IMG/VR virus record: IMGVR_UViG_3300047560_001714
Location: 123,936 to 187,935 of that record
Strand: one strand, 5' to 3'
Length of the DNA: 64,000 nt
Source: a virus
Program-made: the position numbers and the translations under genes
Shown: positions 39,390 through 49,142 of the stretch, piece after piece
How the letters are laid out: each line of letters begins with the position of its first letter
How positions within the stretch are numbered: the stretch's first letter is position 1
Notes under the pieces: generated by a model
Seen by the model: only the letters and a program-made list of their open reading frames with translations
Databases searched by the model: none
What the model was told of the DNA's origin: nothing

Positions 39390-40478
39390 ATGAGTATTGA
39401 TACAAACACCCGTGCACTTGGACCAAAAGCTGCTAAAAAAGCAATCATGAAATGCTTAAACATTAAACGTCCACTATTCTTGTGGGGTCCTCCAGGAATC
39501 GGCAAATCAGACTTAATTAAACAAATTGGCGATGAAACTGATTCGCTTGTTATCGATATTCGTCTCGCATTGTGGGATCCAACCGATATCAAAGGTGTTC
39601 CATATTTCTGTCAAGAAGACAACACGATGAAATGGGCACCACCTGCTGAATTGCCATCATTAGCATTTGCGGCTGGTTTTAAAAGAATTATTTTATTCTT
39701 GGATGAAATGAATTCCGCAGCACCATCGGTACAAAATGCAGCATATCAGTTAGTATTAAATCGCCGCGTTGGAACATATGAATTACCAGATAACGTTGTA
39801 ATCGTTGCAGCTGGTAACCGCGAAGGTGATAAAGGTAGTGCGTTTAAAATGCTTGCACCATTGGCTAACCGTTTCATCCATTTAGAAATGGAAGCAAGAT
39901 TTGACGATTGGTTTGAATGGGCAACTGAAAACAAGATCAATAAAGATGTTGTTGGTTTCTTAAACTGGTCAAAAGGCGATTTATACAAATTTGACCCAAA
40001 ATCAGCAAGTCGTGCGTTTGCCACCGCCCGTTCTTGGTCATTCGTGAGTGAATTAGTTGACGCAAATGACACTGATGATGATACAATGATGTCATTATTG
40101 TGTGGCGCGGTTGGGGAAGGTATTGCATCAAAGTTTGCGGCATATCAAAAACTTTCTGGCAAAATGCCTAATCCAGATGATATTTTAACCGGTCGTATTA
40201 CCACATTGCAACACAAAGAAATTTCAGCAATGTATGCGTTGACCATTGCATTATGCTATGAGTTAAAAGATGCAAGTGACCGTGGCGATGCTGATTGGAA
40301 TGACAAAATCAATTATTTCTTTACATTTATGATGGAAAATTTTGAAACAGAATTAGTTATCATGGGTGTTAAATTGGCAATTGCGACATATAAATTACCA
40401 ATCAATATTGACAAAGTAGCAATCTTCTTTGAATTCAATAAAAAGTATGGTAAATATATTTCAGCTGGCGCTGTATAA
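39390..40478 (+). CDS. MoxR-like AAA+ ATPase
   Basis: GPPGIGKS, LFLDEMN, AAGNR, LANRF. Confidence 0.85.
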   Translation: MSIDTNTRALGPKAAKKAIMKCLNIKRPLFLWGPPGIGKSDLIKQIGDETDSLVIDIRLALWDPTDIKGVPYFCQEDNTMKWAPPAELPSLAFAAGFKRIILFLDEMNSAAPSVQNAAYQLVLNRRVGTYELPDNVVIVAAGNREGDKGSAFKMLAPLANRFIHLEMEARFDDWFEWATENKINKDVVGFLNWSKGDLYKFDPKSASRAFATARSWSFVSELVDANDTDDDTMMSLLCGAVGEGIASKFAAYQKLSGKMPNPDDILTGRITTLQHKEISAMYALTIALCYELKDASDRGDADWNDKINYFFTFMMENFETELVIMGVKLAIATYKLPINIDKVAIFFEFNKKYGKYISAGAV

Positions 40479-40535
40479 TCATTCACCAAAACCGGTGCCC
40501 CATATCGGGGCACCATCTATTAATTAGGAGTTTTA

Positions 40536-41735
40536 ATGTCCGATCAAGTCTTAGAAAAAATCACAGATAATATTATTACCGCAAAAGTTGGGTTATTACT
40601 TAGACACCCATTTTTTGGTAATATTTCTGCTAGGTTAAAAATTATGGAAGGTGGTGAATGGTGTCAAACTGCCGCAACCGATGGGCGTCATATATTTTTT
40701 AGTCGCACTTTTTTTGAAAAACTTTCAGTTCGTGAAATAGAGTTTGTTATCGCTCACGAAATCTTGCATAACGTGTTTGACCATATGTCACGGCGAGAAG
40801 GTAGACACCCACGAATCTTTAATTTTGCAAATGATTACTGTGTTAATGGACAAATTGTTCGTGATAAAATTGGTGATCATGGATTCTTCGATGACAAAAT
40901 GTTACACGATACCAAGTATTATGGGATGGGTTCTGAAGAAATCTATGACCATCTCAAAGATTTGAACGATGAAATGTTAGACAAACTCGGTGAATTGGTT
41001 GACCAACATATTGATTGGAGTAAACCAGATCCAAACGATCCATCAAGACCAGTTTATTCCAGTGACGAATTGCAAACTATTCGTGATGAAATGCGCGAAA
41101 AAATAATTTCAGCATCTCAAGCGGCAGGTTCCGAAAAAACACCGGATCTTGTTAGAAAAATGATCGAGGAGTTTGGTGATCCAAAACTAGATTGGCGTGC
41201 AATGTTAAGACAACACATTCAAAGTTTAATTAAAGATGATTATTCTTGGATGCGTCCAAATCGTAAAAGTTGGCATTTGTCAGCGGTACTACCTGGTTCA
41301 AACTTACGCGATACTATTGACATTTGCATTTGTATTGATATGTCTGGTTCAATTGGTGACGAACAAGCAAAAGATTTCTTATCTGAAATCAAAGGTATTA
41401 TGGAAGAATATCAAGACTTTAAAATTAAGTTATGGTGTTTTGATACTGATGTTTACAACGAACAAGATTTTGATGGGTATTCGATGGATGACTTCCATTC
41501 ATATCAACCAATCGGTGGCGGTGGCACGGAATTCATGTGCAATTGGGATTACATGAAAGAACATGATATTGCCCCACAAAAGCTTATTATGTTCACTGAT
41601 GGATACCCTTGTGGTAGTTGGGGTGATGAAGATTATTGCGATACTATCTTTGTTATCCACGGTTCAGAAACCATCGTACCACCTTGGGGTGAACATGCTT
41701 ATTATGTGTTTGATGATGCTAAACAAAAAGCATAA
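40536..41735 (+). CDS. VWA-like protein with N-terminal HEXXH metallopeptidase-like domain (DUF2201-type)
   Basis: TAATDG, HEILH, MIDAS DMSGS, GGGGTEF, FTDG. Confidence 0.8.
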   Translation: MSDQVLEKITDNIITAKVGLLLRHPFFGNISARLKIMEGGEWCQTAATDGRHIFFSRTFFEKLSVREIEFVIAHEILHNVFDHMSRREGRHPRIFNFANDYCVNGQIVRDKIGDHGFFDDKMLHDTKYYGMGSEEIYDHLKDLNDEMLDKLGELVDQHIDWSKPDPNDPSRPVYSSDELQTIRDEMREKIISASQAAGSEKTPDLVRKMIEEFGDPKLDWRAMLRQHIQSLIKDDYSWMRPNRKSWHLSAVLPGSNLRDTIDICICIDMSGSIGDEQAKDFLSEIKGIMEEYQDFKIKLWCFDTDVYNEQDFDGYSMDDFHSYQPIGGGGTEFMCNWDYMKEHDIAPQKLIMFTDGYPCGSWGDEDYCDTIFVIHGSETIVPPWGEHAYYVFDDAKQKA

Positions 41736-42019
41736 TGGCAATTCATAACGGAACCCCCAATCCGTTAAATTATTTCAAAATGCGGAGAGTATGTTATGCA
41801 CCTCCGCATTTTGCAATCTATAACCTATCTCGATTTATGCCACGGCAAGTAAATAATATTACCGAATGGATTGAAGATAATTTAACTGGAAGATTTTATA
41901 TTGGTCAAGGAATAATACTTGACAACACTAATACAATTGTGTATAATACACGAATTGGATTTGAAAGTGAATCGGAACTCACTTTCTTCATTCTTGCTTG
42001 TCCACATATTTATATGTGA
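41735..42019 (+). CDS. Hypothetical protein
   Basis: TAATG coupling. Confidence 0.55.
   Translation: MAIHNGTPNPLNYFKMRRVCYAPPHFAIYNLSRFMPRQVNNITEWIEDNLTGRFYIGQGIILDNTNTIVYNTRIGFESESELTFFILACPHIYM
41919..41947 (+). promoter_or_regulatory. Consensus sigma70 promoter embedded in a coding sequence
   Basis: TTGACA-N17-TATAAT. Confidence 0.7.
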
Positions 42020-42057
42020 TAAGTAACAATAGAAATAGATAATAATAAGGAAATTAT

Positions 42058-42306
42058 ATGTCAGAAACAGAAAATCTTAATCAAGAAGAGCAAGCACAAT
42101 CTCAAGCGCAACCACAACAACCCGAAACCAACGATTTAACTATTAATGACTTAAATGCATTAAAAACAATTATGGACGTGGCTATTTCACGTGGTGCATT
42201 CAAAGGCAACGAAATGGTTGCAATCGGTCAAACCTATAATAAACTTTCTGGTTTCTTAGATGAAATCGCAAAACAATCAGCTGCAGCAGGTAACACCAAT
42301 GGCTGA
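42058..42306 (+). CDS. Hypothetical protein
   Basis: AAGGA SD. Confidence 0.6.
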   Translation: MSETENLNQEEQAQSQAQPQQPETNDLTINDLNALKTIMDVAISRGAFKGNEMVAIGQTYNKLSGFLDEIAKQSAAAGNTNG

Positions 42307-42928
42307 GTTAAAACACGTTGGTAGAATTATTACTTCTGGTAAAAAATGTTTAGTTGCATATAGAACATTACCAGGTGACGCATATAGTTGTTTGATCGTT
42401 CCAACTGAAAACTTACCAGATAGTTACCATGATGCGTTAATTAATTTGGTTGAAAGTAATGCTGGACAAACCGCACATGAATTCGCTGAGGCATTAGATA
42501 GAACACAATTCCCAGATGGTAGTCGAATGTTGCCAGCTCTACATACACAAGGTAGATTGGTAAAGATTCCTACGAACCAAGTGGAAATGATGCCAACCAA
42601 TTCATCATCAATTATCTTGTCAGAACTAAATCAAATAATCGCCGATCAACGAGGAATTGCCGTCGATGAATTATCAATTCAACCCGGAACCTCACAAGAA
42701 AAGGCAAATGAGTTAGCAAAAGTCAAAGAATTAATTGACCAAGATTATACAAAAACCACATCAGAAAGTGTGAACACCCCAGAGCCAACGGTTGATTTAT
42801 CTGATCCTGCGGTTGCAGCAAAATACTATCGGTCACAAGCCGATAAGCTTTCAAAAGAAGCTGCAAACTTCCGTAGATTAGCTGAGGATTTAGTGCCGAC
42901 AGCTAAAAAATCAAAAGAAAAAGCATGA
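42299..42928 (+). CDS. Hypothetical protein (MAELKHVG)
   Basis: AGGT SD; overlapping start. Confidence 0.6.
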   Translation: MAELKHVGRIITSGKKCLVAYRTLPGDAYSCLIVPTENLPDSYHDALINLVESNAGQTAHEFAEALDRTQFPDGSRMLPALHTQGRLVKIPTNQVEMMPTNSSSIILSELNQIIADQRGIAVDELSIQPGTSQEKANELAKVKELIDQDYTKTTSESVNTPEPTVDLSDPAVAAKYYRSQADKLSKEAANFRRLAEDLVPTAKKSKEKA

Positions 42929-43239
42929 TAGGGGACGATTCAGATTTACCGAAATCGGTATCTGATGGATGGCCAGGTATATTTAATGAGGTAACCGTTA
43001 ATCGGTTACCCATCCCATACCTTAGGTGTATAATAATCACGTTTGTTGATGGGACTGAATGGTGTATTAATACCACTAATAATGACAAACGAAATCCATC
43101 CTTTAAAGCTAGCATTTATGAATTTATCGATACTTATCAAGATAAAATCGACAACATAAGTGTAAAAGTCAATACCAAGAAACTCAAGAATGACGTAAAA
43201 AAAGCAATAACTAACTTATTAAGGAAATTAAAATTATGA
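42925..43239 (+). CDS. Hypothetical protein
   Basis: ATGA overlaps at both ends. Confidence 0.55.
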   Translation: MIGDDSDLPKSVSDGWPGIFNEVTVNRLPIPYLRCIIITFVDGTEWCINTTNNDKRNPSFKASIYEFIDTYQDKIDNISVKVNTKKLKNDVKKAITNLLRKLKL

Positions 43240-43964
43240 CAGTTAAACTTGTGTCATATTCCCAACCAACGGATGAATTCAAAGATCAAGGCATCACAGA
43301 TGCGCAGGAATTAATTGCATTTTGCGCACGGGTATCAAACCCAGCAAATCAATTCAATACCGAAACCAGCGACAAATTAATAAATTATCTAATATCACAC
43401 GCACATTGGTCACCCCTTGAAATGGTGAATGTTTGCTTAGAAGTGAATACAACTCGTGATATTGCAAGACAATTACTAAGACATCGAAGTTTTTCTTTCC
43501 AAGAATTTAGCCAACGCTATGCCGACCCAGTTAAAGATTTAAATTTTGTGGTGCGTGAAGCTAGATTACAAGACCCAACTAATAGACAAAATAGTATCAC
43601 ATTAGATCTCACTATTGCCGAAAACCGAGAACTCCTAAAAATCTGGGACGAAAAACAAAAAGATGTAATTCGCCTAACCAGAGAAACGTATTCTTGGGCT
43701 ATCGCAAACAACATTGCAAAAGAACAGGCAAGAGCGGTATTACCGGAAGGATTGATGGAAAGTAAATTGTACATCAATGGGACTTTACGATCTTGGATTC
43801 ATTATATTCAGGTCCGGTCTCACAAATCAACCCAAAAAGAACATAGGTTGATTGCATTTGAATGTGCGAAAGCCATTTCCAAAATATTCCCAATGTCAGA
43901 AGAATTTGTTGCCAAACCAGCAAAAAGACCTTGGTTTAAAAAACTAAAACTATTTAAAAAATAA
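43236..43964 (+). CDS. thyX: Flavin-dependent thymidylate synthase
   Basis: HWSPLE, RQLLRHRSFSFQEFSQRY, EQARAVLP. Confidence 0.93.
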   Translation: MTVKLVSYSQPTDEFKDQGITDAQELIAFCARVSNPANQFNTETSDKLINYLISHAHWSPLEMVNVCLEVNTTRDIARQLLRHRSFSFQEFSQRYADPVKDLNFVVREARLQDPTNRQNSITLDLTIAENRELLKIWDEKQKDVIRLTRETYSWAIANNIAKEQARAVLPEGLMESKLYINGTLRSWIHYIQVRSHKSTQKEHRLIAFECAKAISKIFPMSEEFVAKPAKRPWFKKLKLFKK

Positions 43965-43998
43965 CACAAGGAATGCCGGGGAAACCCGGCATATTTGT

Positions 43999-44685
43999 AT
44001 GCTAGAAATTTTAAAATCAAAAATAATCACGTGGACACAAGAGGACGCTGACAAATTTCATAACTATAAATTTATGAATTATGGTATGCACGGTGAATAC
44101 CTATGGGACTGCACCCAGGATGGGACATTCTTATGGCGGAATGTTACCGCACAATTCTTCCACAATAATGGTTCAATATATAAATTGACTAAAATTTTTA
44201 CAAGAAATGACTGGGAATTACACAATAAATTATACGACCGAATTTCATCAATTAATGATTGTAAAATTGATATACCAATTACTTGTTCATATCATACCAT
44301 AAACAATGAAAACTGGATGTATTCCGTTGTTAACCGCCCATTTAATACACTCGGCGATGATTTGTTAATTAAGATACTACGAGAGGGATTAACAACAGAT
44401 GTACTGTTGGATAGAGTTGAAAAAATAACTACTTTGTTAAATCATTTTAATCACATGGCAGATGTGTATAATTGCAACTTCCCATATGCAATTCCAAAAA
44501 TGGTTTTTCATAATAACGACATGTGTTGGGTGGATTTTAAAAATTGGTGTATTCCATTTGAGACTTATGTACAAAATAATATAACATTTCTATATAGATC
44601 ATTGTTTATGTTAGAATCCACCCATAATGTCACTTTAAATAAAAAACAAATAATGGACGCAGCCAGAATACAATGGAAAATATAA
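43999..44685 (+). CDS. Hypothetical protein (possibly a degenerate kinase-like fold)
   Basis: 228 aa; YK, WELH and WVDF spacing is only weakly kinase-like. Confidence 0.5.
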   Translation: MLEILKSKIITWTQEDADKFHNYKFMNYGMHGEYLWDCTQDGTFLWRNVTAQFFHNNGSIYKLTKIFTRNDWELHNKLYDRISSINDCKIDIPITCSYHTINNENWMYSVVNRPFNTLGDDLLIKILREGLTTDVLLDRVEKITTLLNHFNHMADVYNCNFPYAIPKMVFHNNDMCWVDFKNWCIPFETYVQNNITFLYRSLFMLESTHNVTLNKKQIMDAARIQWKI

Positions 44686-44906
44686 GATATGAAATGACAA
44701 AAGATAATATAATTATACATTCTGCGGAATGTCCTATTAATCTGTTTCAACACATTATTCCGTACCGAGATCATAATATATGTGATATGACGAAAATTTA
44801 TCACAATAATAAAGAATATATATTATATGGTGCATTACCGCCAGAATTTGCTGCTGCAACTGGGATTTCGTTAGATGACCATCTATTCTATATTAATGGA
44901 AAATAA
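44673..44906 (+). CDS. Hypothetical protein
   Basis: 77 aa; its stop overlaps the stop of the convergent GT gene. Confidence 0.45.
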   Translation: MENIRYEMTKDNIIIHSAECPINLFQHIIPYRDHNICDMTKIYHNNKEYILYGALPPEFAAATGISLDDHLFYINGK

Positions 44907-46820
44907 AGTATGCAACCAAGCAAAATCATTTATTCGTGATAGTGCATTGGTATTATCTTTATTAGCCTCACCATATATTCTACCAGAGTTAGCCCCCAAT
45001 AATACATATTCACCGTATTCAGCATTATTATTAATAGAACACCAAACATTTAACCAATATTCGTTGTCGGTGGGATTATTACCAGCAATAAGACCACTAC
45101 TTAATTTTACACATTCTCTAAATGCTGAACGCCATGCGGTAAATGGGTCGGTATTAAATGTTGATACATTTGATACTTGTGGCATAACCTTAAACGACGG
45201 TGAAATTCCTGTCGTCATATCAATGCTAGTGGTTTCAACACCTAGTGTTAGATGGGTTGGTAATAGCTTCACACCACCGTACCCATATTCCAAACCATTC
45301 ACTGGGTTCTTGCTGTACCAAGTATGAACTATGTCATATTCCAATCTATTTACAGTATGGGTTAAGTCAAATCCATCCACAATATATGCATCCGCATCCA
45401 CCACCCAAAACATTGGGGTTGATACTAATTTCGCAGCAGCTTTGTGCGCATTATGAATTCCGTTCACATTACGAATTCGGTAAATATTTCGACCACCAGT
45501 AATAGATACTAACCTATTATAATTTTCATCAGCACAAGATTCATTATACGATATAAAAACAATATCATACTGCTTGCGAATACTAGCCTCTATGTCATGT
45601 TCTTTTTTATCAATAAAAAACCTACTTTCAAATTCTCGTTTGGACACCTTGGAATTACGCGACATCAAACATATTCCATTCATTTCACCACTATTCTTAA
45701 ATACATGAGTTATAGATTTATCAAAAATATTATCACTGGTAAATATTAGATCAAATTCAAAATCCGGCAACACCTCGACATCATTCCACACTACCCAGAA
45801 CATGGCTAGTAATTCAGTCTCACATATCTTCACATATTCATCGTATGAATCAGTATAGTAAACATTATATTTCTTATATCTACTAGCCTCGATATCATGT
45901 TCTTTTTTATCAATAAAAAACCTACTTTCAAATTCTCGTTTGGATACCTTGGTATTTCGTGACATCAAACATATTCCATTCATTTCACCACTATTCTTAA
46001 ATACATGAGTTATAGATTTATCAAAAATATTATCACTGGTAAATATTAGATCAAATGTGAAATTTGGCAATACTTCAACATCATTCCACACCACCCAGAA
46101 CATATCTCTGGGTTCGGTTGCACATACGTTCACGTATTCGTCGTATGAATCAATATAGTAAACATTATATTTCTTATATCGACTAGCTTCTATGTCATAT
46201 TCTTTTTTATCAATAAAAAACCTACTTTCAAATTCTCGTTTGGATACCTTATGTTCACTCGACATCAAACATATACCATTCATTTCACCACTATTCTTAA
46301 ATACATGCGTTATGGTTTTATCAAAAGTATTACTGCGATGAAGTATTAAATCAAATGTGAAATTTGGCAACACCTCGATGTCATTCCATACAATCCAAAA
46401 CATATCTCTGGTTTCCGTTGAGCATATACTCTCATATTCATCATATGAATCAGTGTAATATACATTATACCGGCGAGGTATACTGGCGATAATATCGACT
46501 TCTTTTGAGTTAATAAAAAATCTATTATTGATCTCTCTATCTGAAATACTGGCATATTTTGATAAAAAGCATACACCATCAAACGTGTCACCATTCTTAA
46601 ATACATGAATATATTTTTCATCCCATTCAGGAATCTCATACTCAAATTTAAAGTCCAAATTAACATCAATATCATTCCAGACTAACCAATAAAATTTAGT
46701 CATCACCCGCGCGGACGCCTCGCTCGCGCTCGTCGCGTGCTTTGCAAGTGGATAACGTTGCTTGAATTCTTTGAAACCGGTATCATCTTTTGATGATGAA
46801 ATAAAAATTATATCATACAT
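44883..46820 (-). CDS. GT-A glycosyltransferase with four N-terminal degenerate GT-like modules
   Basis: C-terminal domain YDIVFISYNE...MFWVVDAD...YGGVKL; upstream modules carry WND in place of DAD. Confidence 0.7.
   Translation of the reverse strand: MYDIIFISSSKDDTGFKEFKQRYPLAKHATSASEASARVMTKFYWLVWNDIDVNLDFKFEYEIPEWDEKYIHVFKNGDTFDGVCFLSKYASISDREINNRFFINSKEVDIIASIPRRYNVYYTDSYDEYESICSTETRDMFWIVWNDIEVLPNFTFDLILHRSNTFDKTITHVFKNSGEMNGICLMSSEHKVSKREFESRFFIDKKEYDIEASRYKKYNVYYIDSYDEYVNVCATEPRDMFWVVWNDVEVLPNFTFDLIFTSDNIFDKSITHVFKNSGEMNGICLMSRNTKVSKREFESRFFIDKKEHDIEASRYKKYNVYYTDSYDEYVKICETELLAMFWVVWNDVEVLPDFEFDLIFTSDNIFDKSITHVFKNSGEMNGICLMSRNSKVSKREFESRFFIDKKEHDIEASIRKQYDIVFISYNESCADENYNRLVSITGGRNIYRIRNVNGIHNAHKAAAKLVSTPMFWVVDADAYIVDGFDLTHTVNRLEYDIVHTWYSKNPVNGLEYGYGGVKLLPTHLTLGVETTSIDMTTGISPSFKVMPQVSNVSTFNTDPFTAWRSAFRECVKLSSGLIAGNNPTDNEYWLNVWCSINNNAEYGEYVLLGANSGRIYGEANKDNTNALSRINDFAWLHTLFSINIE
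45570..46469 (-). repeat. Three near-identical 300-bp (100 aa) tandem repeats
   Basis: TCTTTTTTATCAATAAAAAACCTACTTTCAAATTCTCGTTTGGA at 45601, 45901 and 46201. Confidence 0.95.
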
Positions 46821-47712
46821 TATGAATTTTACCCAACCGTCTTGGTGAATTATTGTATATGGTCTTCACAAAGGTTGAACCAATTGGGTCTAATTCAGTG
46901 ATTTCTAATTTACATAAATCACGTATCTTATTCCCATAGATGTTTGCTTCACTTTCTGCATCCATCATTGATACATTTGTATTATAATAGTCTGTTAGCC
47001 AATCAAAATCTCTTACGTGTGAATAATCCCAATCAGTGCACATTGTTTTAAAACATCCTTCTCTTGCACCTAATATTGACCAAATTCCATTATTAACATC
47101 TCTACCCACATTGCACCATACTAACAACCTATGGTAATTCTGCCACCAGATCGTGTGTAAATCGGTAACTTTTTCACCTTGATTTAGACACATTTTAACA
47201 CCTTCTCTAAATCCAGCTCGCCATGCTTGAAATGGAGATTCATTTGTAAAACTTTCACTATAACATTCTGGAAATTGATAATATTTGTCATTAAAACAGA
47301 ACTCGACTTGGCCTTTTACATCACCGTCTAGTACATTTTCGTGGGTTCGCATATTGTTAACGAACTGTTTAGTCCACATTTTTAATCCACCATTTCCATA
47401 CATCAACCCATTTACATTGTTTTTACCACACCAACTAAATACGTGGTCGGATGTAAGCTCCAATGCATCCAAATCGATTTCTAACTTTAAAAACTGCTGA
47501 TCTATTATATTATCAGCATCCACTGTGACAAAATATTCAGTATCACTCGCGCGAGCGCATGCCTTATGCGCGGCATCACTTCCCTTAACACCATGAACTC
47601 GTTTAGCCCACGGAACTTTTTTTAATAAATCCGCATAATTTTTTTCTGCATTTGGTTCATCGTAACTTAAAAATACAATATCTTGGTCAATTACTTTTAT
47701 TATATTACTCAT
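46813..47712 (-). CDS. GT-A glycosyltransferase (paralogue of the catalytic domain of 44883-46820)
   Basis: IVFLSYDEPNA...AAHKACA...FVTVDAD...YGNGGLK...AWRAGFREGVK. Confidence 0.7.
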   Translation of the reverse strand: MSNIIKVIDQDIVFLSYDEPNAEKNYADLLKKVPWAKRVHGVKGSDAAHKACARASDTEYFVTVDADNIIDQQFLKLEIDLDALELTSDHVFSWCGKNNVNGLMYGNGGLKMWTKQFVNNMRTHENVLDGDVKGQVEFCFNDKYYQFPECYSESFTNESPFQAWRAGFREGVKMCLNQGEKVTDLHTIWWQNYHRLLVWCNVGRDVNNGIWSILGAREGCFKTMCTDWDYSHVRDFDWLTDYYNTNVSMMDAESEANIYGNKIRDLCKLEITELDPIGSTFVKTIYNNSPRRLGKIHNV

Positions 47713-48316
47713 CAATCACCTCTAACCCATACTTATCAAATATAGTTTTAGTTGCAATTGATATTTTAGTTATATCATGCTCAAACTTACTTTCAAATGG
47801 AACATACACACCCATAAGTAGTTGTGATGGCGGAAATGATATAGTTCTAATTAAAAAATCAAAGTCACTCTCTAATAATACATAAAATGAAATAGTCGAT
47901 GGGGTGGTTCCATTTAATAATCTCTGTCTACATCCCTCGTTTGTAACATTAAATTCCCAATGATTCGTTTTTTTGTTCCATTTAACCACCACATCCGTAT
48001 CATTTGATGGTTGTGAATGAATCCAAACAAATAAATTGTTCTTAAAATCCAATGATGTGTTATATAATGGTATCAACCCTAGTGTTTTTTCATCATCAAT
48101 CACGATAACATCAACTTTATAGTCTGAAAACCTTTCTTTCCCTGTCAGTAATCGTTCAAATGCATCAAATGATATCTCTATACCATGCTCGTATACTGTC
48201 GATATTTCCGACGAAACACTAATTAATGTCCCATCTTGGTGATTATAATAGGCATAGTACTTTGGTGTTGCAACTTGGAACTCATTTGTTAATTGTTTTT
48301 TAGATTTCCTAGCCAT
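47705..48316 (-). CDS. Hypothetical protein in the GT operon
   Basis: GGAGG SD; overlaps both neighbours. Confidence 0.6.
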   Translation of the reverse strand: MARKSKKQLTNEFQVATPKYYAYYNHQDGTLISVSSEISTVYEHGIEISFDAFERLLTGKERFSDYKVDVIVIDDEKTLGLIPLYNTSLDFKNNLFVWIHSQPSNDTDVVVKWNKKTNHWEFNVTNEGCRQRLLNGTTPSTISFYVLLESDFDFLIRTISFPPSQLLMGVYVPFESKFEHDITKISIATKTIFDKYGLEVIDE

Positions 48317-49142
48317 TTAAAGCCTCCAGTATGTCTAATATATACGGTGTAACAAAATCTTTCTCTATATAATGTATAATTGGTGTTTGTTTTAAGTTTC
48401 CAATATACAAACATCCATTATTACTAAAAGAATAATGCACTGCGTATCTCCAATCGGAAGGAATAATACTCCATCCTTGTAATGGTGGTTTCATATGTAT
48501 AAATTCAAATGGTGATATCATACTAGCAACCTGATGGCCAGTGATCTGGATTGCTAATGCTGCGGAAACATCCATACTTAACCAATTTTGATATGATTTC
48601 GGGGCAAGTAATCCATAACAATGCTCCCAATTTTTACATACAAACTCTAACACCTTATAAAACTCAAGCGCGGCATCGGATTTCTTAAAATAATGCAACC
48701 CATAATATACGTTTGGTAAATTGTTTTCTATAAATGTTTTACGATGCACTGGATCTGTAACAATTTGCTCGGATTTATAGTTTTTTACGGTCGAACAAAA
48801 ATGCAAATCATAATTTGAGCAAAAATCCCACCATCTGGATATATCACTAAGTACCAACATATCGGTATCCAATACTATGGTTTCATCATATGGGGTTGCA
48901 TGGTACACCTTCCATCTGTTTTCAACCTTCCAAGTACTTAAACTAGCGGAATCATCCCAAGGAATTGGAATAATGTTATCAAAAATTGGTTTGTATGTTT
49001 CTGGAACTATATCATTTGTTATGATTGATACATTATTAACAACTGGTTGACTATATTTGATCGAGAGCGCCAACGCGTATGCTTGTCTAACATAATCAAC
49101 ATTATCAGTGTTCTGTGCTACAACAACAAATCCTTTAGACAC
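48309..49142 (-). CDS. GT8/mannosyltransferase-like glycosyltransferase
   Basis: PYDETIVLDTD (DxD), F.HMKP; GGAGG SD before GTG 49142. Confidence 0.65.
   Translation of the reverse strand: MSKGFVVVAQNTDNVDYVRQAYALALSIKYSQPVVNNVSIITNDIVPETYKPIFDNIIPIPWDDSASLSTWKVENRWKVYHATPYDETIVLDTDMLVLSDISRWWDFCSNYDLHFCSTVKNYKSEQIVTDPVHRKTFIENNLPNVYYGLHYFKKSDAALEFYKVLEFVCKNWEHCYGLLAPKSYQNWLSMDVSAALAIQITGHQVASMISPFEFIHMKPPLQGWSIIPSDWRYAVHYSFSNNGCLYIGNLKQTPIIHYIEKDFVTPYILDILEALNG

Noticed and set aside
45570-46469. Diversity-generating retroelement TR/VR pair or CRISPR array
   Set aside because: The repeats are in-frame and tandem with no spacers, the differences are not obviously adenine-specific, and there is no RT or cas gene in the window.
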